Assembly (NCBI RefSeq): GCF_009914755.1
Contig: NC_060937.1
Length of the DNA: 64,000 bases
Source of the DNA: the human T2T-CHM13v2.0 reference genome, Homo sapiens
Direction: 5' to 3' (one strand)
In this document: positions 55,593 to 64,000 of the stretch, piece by piece
How positions within the stretch are numbered: the first letter of the stretch is position 1
How the letters are laid out: each line of letters starts with the position of its first letter
The notes under the pieces: generated by a model
What the model was told of the DNA's origin: nothing
What the model saw: only the letters and a program-made list of their open reading frames with translations
Databases searched by the model: none
Position numbers and translations under genes: made by a program

Positions 55593-56528
55593 TTACTTAT
55601 TTAAGCAAATTTATATCAAGTCCCTAAATTGCCAAATCAAAAATTAAAATATCCCTGGAGTTTATTTCTACAGACCTAGAGCAATATGTCTGTACAAAAT
55701 ATGTTACAATTTATTTTTCCAATGTCCAACTTAAAAATTGAAGAAATAAATCTCTTTTCCAGCCCTTAGTGACAAATGTTTTATCTTTATGGAAGGCACA
55801 GGGAAACTGCAAATCAACAATTTGTCCTGAACTTGATCATTTCTGTCCAGTCTTATTTTCAGAAAAGATAAGATTCATCAATGTGTATATTAGCACTTTT
55901 ATGTTTTATGATAACATGCAGTATATTCAGTATAAAACTCAAATGTATATTATACCTTTATCATTTCTACAATTTAGTAGTTAAAAATAACTTCACCCAC
56001 CCACAAATTTTCTGACAAAATATGATTGCTCTATATTCTGTTATACACCTGTGGCTCATTTGGAATATTCATCAGCTGAGAAGATTAAAACTACGATTAC
56101 TTCAAATAGAAGGTGAAAATCTCGCTTGGTTCTAATAAAGCACCTATAATGTCCTTCAAATCTGTAGTTATAAACAAGCTTGAAAAAAATGTAATTTATG
56201 TGGTTAGTTGCTAAGATGTCTTTTATTCTGGTTACCACAGTCTCAGTAACTTACTTTAATTCCTCCAAAGAATACAGAGCACATGTATATTATATTTTAA
56301 AGATTTTGGGTAAACTTAATTGCTCCTGAAAACTAGCAAATTAAATTGCAATAACAACCTAAAAATGAGCAAAAACTTGTTGAATTAGGTTAAATATGCA
56401 TTCAGAGAAAAACAAGAATCCTAAAGAAATATTGAATACAAGAAAAATTAGTTTTTAACTATATAGTATTTAGCTCTATTGAGTGTCATTTTAAGAGTTA
56501 GTGCCAAAATAATTCTAAGTATGGTAAA

Positions 56529-56562
56529 CACTGCCATCTAGAGGACTTTTATTGTAATGCAG
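56529..56562 (-). promoter_or_regulatory. CTCF motif (core plus upstream U module)
   Basis: Minus strand CTGCATTACAATAAAAGT-CCTCTAGATGGCAGTG matches the core consensus, with a TGCA(G/T)TAC module at the usual spacing. Confidence 0.65.
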
Positions 56563-58164
56563 AGCAAAACAAAAATACCTAAAAGTGGGAAATGTACAGG
56601 CCTGTACTGTAGTTTTGTTTTTTTAATAGATTTCTCAAATCTGACAAAATTATATATTTCAAGAAATTAGCTTAACTGCAACAGTAATTCATTAAGGAAT
56701 TATTTACTATGATTTAGAGTATCAATACTAATACATTGTCAAAAAATTATTTGAAATTTTTTTATTAATCATGATGTTGTTATACTTGTCAGTAATCTAA
56801 TTTTGATATTATAAACAAACTATCAAATAAGATATATAGTCATATTCTTGTGAGATATAAATAAGAGTCAATAGCTAGAAAAACCAGAAATACAATCATG
56901 TTTATATATATATAATAATAAATATTTCTTTCATGAAAGCAACTAAATTACCTGTACTATTCTTATTATTTCTTCCTATCTTTCCTCTTTCAATGTGAAT
57001 ATTTTTCAGTCCTGTTACATTAACTTACATAATGTGCTGATTTCCAAGGTGGTGGCTGGGCCTCTGTGGGGTTACTCAGGACCTACAAAGGTGTTAAAAG
57101 AGAGGTACCTTGCTGTGTTTGTTTCCTGTTTAAATAGAAATACTAGCACATATACAGTTTCCATTGTCAAAAATCAGTGAACAGGAAAAAACATATTTTT
57201 TTCTATGACAAATTTTCCAGGGACCAGTAGTATCTATTTTTAAGTGAATATTAGACACATTTATAGTAAAAAATTATAAAATGTTGCCTAATCAAATTTA
57301 TTTTTACATGCTCCCTAAATTTCAGATAACTAGTGGAATTTGTGAAACAGTCTACTTCTTATGAATTGTAACAAATGTTATGTGTATTTGAGTTTTTTTA
57401 GATGACTAGGATTTTATTTTAGTTTTAGTATCTTTTTATGGTAGCCCTGCACTTAAAGAGCTAGAGATTACAAATTTAATTCTGTGCTTAGAAAGAAAAA
57501 GTATAGTGTAAATTTCAAATCAATTCAAATAAGACGGATATGTAGCATTAAAATGTAATTCTGTCAATTTCCTATAAAGCTGTGGAGATGCCTATTTAAG
57601 GGTGAAATCTCTGACAAGTTAAAGTAATTTTTCTTCTCATAATTTGATGTTTTAATTACAATGAATATCCATAAGAATCTGACACAATTTTATTTGATTA
57701 TAATTTCACATTTATGTAAGAATTACAGAGTTGATGATAGTGATGGAATTTTGACTAGTATAGTCATCATCGTATTGAATCTGGTGTTTCAATTGTACAT
57801 GATTACTGAGGAGAAAGGAATGAATTAAATCATTATCAATGAACATGCCTATAATAACTTCTGCTTTATTAGAGACATAGTTTTGTATTATTTTTATCAT
57901 ACATATATATAATATACATGTATGATCACTGTGGAAAATATATATGGAAGAAAATAGGATATAAGAGGAGTAGAAAATGTAAAATTTTTAAACATCTCTG
58001 AAAACTTCTTAAATTTGATCCTTGCTTGCTTTTTTACTAAGAAAACTTTCATGTGTAGAGAAATAGTAAAATCTTCTCTATAGATTCAACAATTTTAAAT
58101 ATTTTGTCCAATTTCTTTGGTTCCTCTTTCACATATTTGCTCCAACATTTGAAAGTAAAGTATA

Positions 58165-58461
<297 letters not shown>

Positions 58462-58907
58462 TCACATTACCACAAAATCATTCAAAATAAATCTCCGAAG
58501 AGTAAGGATCATTGCCTACATAACCATGATATTATTAGCACATTTAAGGAAGTAATAATAATTCCATAAACATAATTTTATATCTACAGTATTTTAAATG
58601 TTTAGAAATTTATTTCCAAGAAGTTGAGAGATATTTGTGGGTTTTTTTTTCTTCTAAATCCAATCTAGTCTGATCACATTGCCTTTGTTTTTCTCCTTAG
58701 TTTCTTAGTTTAAAACAGTTCCCTCCATTTTTCCCCCATGACTTTGAATTTCTGATGAGTTTAGAAAAGTTGTAGGGTAGACTCTTTCACAATCTGGATT
58801 TGCTTAATTGCTTCTTCTTAGGATATTAACTTGATTCTCTGTGACCTGTATTTTTGTCAACTAGAAATTAGATCTTAAGCGGTGCTAGCCCATAAAAATA
58901 TCATTTG

Positions 58908-59194
58908 TGACTGAGTGCCGTGGCTCACGCCTGTAATCCCAGCCCTTTGGGAGGATGAGGCAGGAGGATCACCTGAGGTCAGGAGTTTGAGCCTGGCCAA
59001 CGTGGTAAAACCCTGTCTCTACTAAAAATACAAAAATTAGCCGGGCGTGGTGGCTGGGGCCCGTAATCCCAGCTACTCGGGAGACTGAGGCAGGAGAATC
59101 GCTGGGAGGCAGGGGTTGCAGTGAGCCGAGATCATCCCATTGCACTCCAGCCTGGGTGACAAGAGCGAAAATGAGTCTCAAAAAAGAAAAAAAA
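58908..59194 (+). mobile_element. AluS-like, inserted into a MER33/MER3-like hAT element (~58880-59330)
   Basis: Alu body; right flank taattttaaatattttaatagccacttta..aaggtgaa..attttaataatgtattta is MER33-like. Confidence 0.85.
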
Positions 59195-59805
59195 CTTATT
59201 TGCATCACTTACATAATTTTAAATATTTTAATAGCCACTTTAAAAAAACAAGGTGAAAAACTATTTTAATAATGTATTTAATTCAATCCAATGTATCCAA
59301 AATACATCATTTAATATTATGTAACTAATATAAAATACCTTCTTTTCTAAACGTCATATCATGAACAGTGAAACAATCTGGCATTATGAGTCCCCTAGTG
59401 TAATTGAATATGAAGAATACAACCTCACCTATGAATTATTATCACCCAGAATATTCAGTTGTAATCTAATTAAGACCTAGTCTTGTGATAGGCAACATGG
59501 TAGTCATATGATTTGTGACTAGTCCAAATTACAATGTACTATGAGGGTAAAATACTCATCACATTTTGTCTGTATATATGCTTCGTTTTTTGATCCTCTA
59601 AATTAATTGAAGCTTCAGATCTACTTATTGACTTTTGTACTCTTCATTCTTGTGACTTTTGCTTTACTGTAATTGTAAGAGGGTTTTTTTTGAAAGAGTT
59701 AAAACAAACATGAAATCATTCTTCTACCTGAGAAAATAAGTTTTATATGTGCACAGAAACATGCACATCCACATATATAATCTGAATAAATATATCCCAG
59801 AAATG

Positions 59806-60128
<323 letters not shown>

Positions 60129-61246
60129 TCCAGAAATGAGTTCCTTCAATTACATTAAAATGAATACAGTATCACCTGTGCTGGTTGCCCTTGGAACAGC
60201 CTCCAGTCATCTGATTATTTCTCCCTTAAGATGATAAATTCAGCATACAATTTTCTTTGTTGTTTTTGCATGTAGAATGCATGGACCAGAGAAAACACTT
60301 TAAAATCTCACTTCTCATTGCTCTGTCATAGCTCCTTGTTCTCTCCCCGGAGCTGTTGTGCATCCCATTTCCCTTGGATGAAAAGTAATATTCAGCCTGT
60401 TGTTTGGCAGGAAAAGTACTCCTCAGTCATAGTATAGGAGATTAGAGACTTTTTTCCTTGCTTTGCTGTTCTGCAGAAATTAATTCTTAAAAGAAAGACC
60501 ACCACCTTGTAATTGAGCTAGTGAATTCACTTCAAGGTAAGTTTCTATGTTTGCAAAGCCATTTAAGGAAGAGCCTCAAGAAAAGGAATCTCTGTGGCTC
60601 CATTTCAGTTGCTAGGGCTTTTACTTTGTGCTGAAAAGCCTATAATCATTGCTCATATATGCAAAGACAAACTTGAAGAAAAGAGAGCAACGGAAACAAA
60701 TTAAACAAACAGATGCTCCCCACCCCAGGGTCAGAAGTGTCAGGGAGGGTGTTAGGTTTCCCCTGAAGGGATGGTGTTCCTTCTAAGTTCAGCCCTGCCA
60801 TGTTAGAGGCAGCTCACCCAGTCCTAAATCAATATTTCCTTTAGTAAATTGGGAGTACAGCCCACTGGGAGATGAGCCTGTAACCAATCTGAGAGTCATC
60901 TTCAATGACAGGGTGAGGTCTCAGCATGAACTCTCATGGAGCCCCAGCCTCCTTTGATGTTTCTGCCTCTGCTTACCTAGTCCAATGTGTGTGCTGGTTT
61001 TTCTTTCAGTCCCCTACTTGTTCTGAAGCCTGTGAGGAATTCCAGCCAGCTTGGCAGACACCCTGAACCACCTTCTCCTGATGTTAGGGTCTCTTCTTGT
61101 TCCTACCCCACCATTTTGGAGTCAGTCTTAATACATACAGAAACAGAGAAGTCAAATACTGTCACTGGCCTGATTTTGAGAAACATTGCCATCCAGGAAA
61201 TAAACAGTTATTTTACTTGACTGATCACGTTTCCTGTATATTTTGA

Positions 61247-61667
<421 letters not shown>

Positions 61668-61811
61668 TGAACTTCAGATATGTGTGCTGTCTGCTGTCCG
61701 AGATGCCTGCCAGACATACCTTCAACTTCCTTCCATCTTTTTCCTTCTTTTCTCTTTCCTCTCTTCTTCATGAATATTAAAAAAAAAAAAATTGATTGGG
61801 GTTTCCAATGC

Positions 61812-62169
61812 ACTGTATGTCTATGCACCCCACTGCTCCAAATTCATATAATAAAATCCTAACCGCAAGATGGTGGTGTTAGGAGGTAGGGCTTTGGAGA
61901 GGTGATTGGATCATGAGGGCAGTGCCTTCGTGAATGGAATTACTTATTATAAAAGAGACACCAGAGAGCTCCCTTGTCTTTTCTGCCATGTGATGTTACA
62001 GCAAAAAGACTGCCACCCATGGAGAAACAGGCCCCCCGATCCATCAGATCTGCCAGTGCCTTGATTTTGGACTTCTCAGCCCGCAAAACTGTGAGAAGTA
62101 AGTGGCCGTTGTTGATTAGCCACTCAACCTGTGGGAGTTTGTTATAGCAGCCCAAACGAACTAAGACAG
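61812..62169 (+). mobile_element. MLT1A-like MaLR solo LTR
   Basis: ccaaattcatat..aatcctaacc..ttaggaggtagggctttggagaggtgattggatcatgagggc ... tttgttatagcagcccaaacgaactaagaca. Confidence 0.85.
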
Positions 62170-63619
62170 AGTTGTCGTGGTTTTCCAGTTCATTTAAGGG
62201 CATTATCATTTTTATCAAATTTACTGCACAGATATTTCTCAGATTCCTTGCCTTTTAGTTCAAGGGGTTCTTTCCCTTTAATTTTATCACTTAAGAAAGA
62301 TAAATTTTTGTACTTTAAACAAACAAGCAAAGCTAAAAGTCCATAGTGCATTGTAGACAAGCTTACTTGCAATTTGAAGAGTTGTCACCAGCCTGCTCTG
62401 ATGCCTAGTGCTGATGTTTTTCTTAGGTTTCAGGATTGGGTCCCAATTCAGGACACATGTGACATCATTGCCATACAGTAGCCAGCAGGTGTATAAGCCA
62501 CACTCTTGCAACACAAAATTAGAAACTTAATACAACTCTGTTGGGTAAAATAGTAAAATAAATGCATACATTGATCAGGTTTCTAGCATTCTATTAACCT
62601 TTTATGAGATCTAAATCACCCAGCATAAACATGGTTTATTTTTCTCTAAAAGTCCTTTTAAAGTTATGGAAAAAGAACCCAGGAAATCACGTATACTTGA
62701 AAAAAAAAGTAATTTAAAATATGCTTATTACTAAGACTTTGTAGTTTAAGACATGTACAGAGGAATTGCCAAGTATCAATTCATCCTTAAAAATATTCAC
62801 ATTCGATAATTACATTGATTTTTCTGTTTTCCAGTTTTCACCGATTTTGTTTTTAAGGTATGTTTATTTTTTGTATTGTAAAATGTCAGTATGAGTTATA
62901 TTTGCTGTTTGCAACTCTAATAATTTGTATGACTCCAACAAATTCATTTGCCACTTTGTTTTTAATTTATATTATATGCCTGTTTAAATTCAAACCCCTA
63001 ATAACTTGCTTTCAATGGCTGAAAATTAGTGAATATTTTCTCCAAATAAGCAAGTGTGTTGTGAACATTTTAATAAATCCAGGTTACTAACATGATTACT
63101 CAATTTAGCATGATATGAAAAGAATTGTTGCCTTTTCACGTTAGTGATTAAATCTCACTTTTAATTTAATCTTGTTTTTAATATTCTTTTTCTCCTCCAA
63201 AATGAGGTATTCATATATGAAAATGGTTTTCACAGTTGAAATATCTTCTTAAATTATAAAAGCTATATGAACTCCTTAGGGAAAAAGAAAATCTTAACAG
63301 TATAATGCAGAGAGTGGAGTGACTCCTCTCACGCTCTCTTTTCTATATAATCCACCTCACCTGCCAGCATATTGGTGTATAATAACGCTGGACTCTCCTA
63401 GGCTCTCCCCTTCTCCACCCCACACTTGAACACACATAAATGTGCATATAGATATTCATAGGTATTTTAAATGGACAACTTTGTATGGAAATGCTTAGAA
63501 TCCAACTTTACAAATATTGGTGGGGGCATTGTATAAAATTTTATTTGTAAATTGTATCTCAGTAATGTTGGAAAAATTTTTTAGAAGAAATTCATTCTCA
63601 TGTACTTTAATTTTTTCTA

Positions 63620-64000
63620 AAAATCCATGTTGTGTTGACCATCATCATGCATACATCTTTGTTCACTTTGTCTCTTAGGGGATAAACATCTAGCACAGAA
63701 ATTGTTAGGCCAAAGGGAATGCATATGATATATTGATAAACTTCCAAATTGCCTTCCAGATAGATACCAATTTAGAGATGTACTAATAGTGTACACTCAA
63801 ATCTTTTCTAACATTGAGTATAATCAACCTTTCTTAATTTTTATGTCTGATGGGCAAATTTTTTTTAACTTTTTGTTTATTTGATCGTTAGAGATTTATA
63901 AATGATGCATATTATTATTTGTATTTCTTTTGATAGTTGCCATTTTTCTATATGTTTATATATGTTTAACTGAAATGTAGAAAATAACTCATTTTAAATA
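63620..64000 (-). mobile_element. Old L1M fragment
   Basis: ggataaacatctagcacagaaattgttaggccaaaggg..ccaaattgccttccaga..accaattta is antisense L1M ORF2/3' like. Confidence 0.6.

Overview
AT-rich primate, almost certainly human, genomic DNA (Alu, L1, L2, MIR, MER5, MLT1A repeats). It contains the 5' end of protocadherin-9 (PCDH9, a delta-1 protocadherin) on the minus strand. The elements are a CpG-island promoter (CCAAT, GC box, Inr at ~48387), a non-coding exon 1 (~47831-48387), a short intron 1 and a 3.17-kb exon 2 (43456-46626). Exon 2 encodes the signal peptide, 7 cadherin repeats, the TM segment and the proximal cytoplasmic tail. If the exon-2 donor is skipped, the frame runs 20 codons into intron 2 and stops, giving the 1032-aa ORF. 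The remainder is intron 2 and upstream DNA. All other ORFs in the track look like repeat or GC-content artefacts. I found no new protein-coding system. The most interesting signals are regulatory: (1) a splice-versus-polyadenylation switch with a proximal poly(A) signal next to a CTCF-like motif, plus a strong distal poly(A) site at ~19.03 kb implying a ~24-kb 3' UTR; (2) a uAUG-rich leader with uORFs in all three frames and an internal alternative donor; (3) a full bipartite CTCF motif 8 kb upstream; (4) several template-switch-like micro-rearrangements at 4-7 kb. Repeat subfamily calls are by eye and should be confirmed with RepeatMasker/Dfam.
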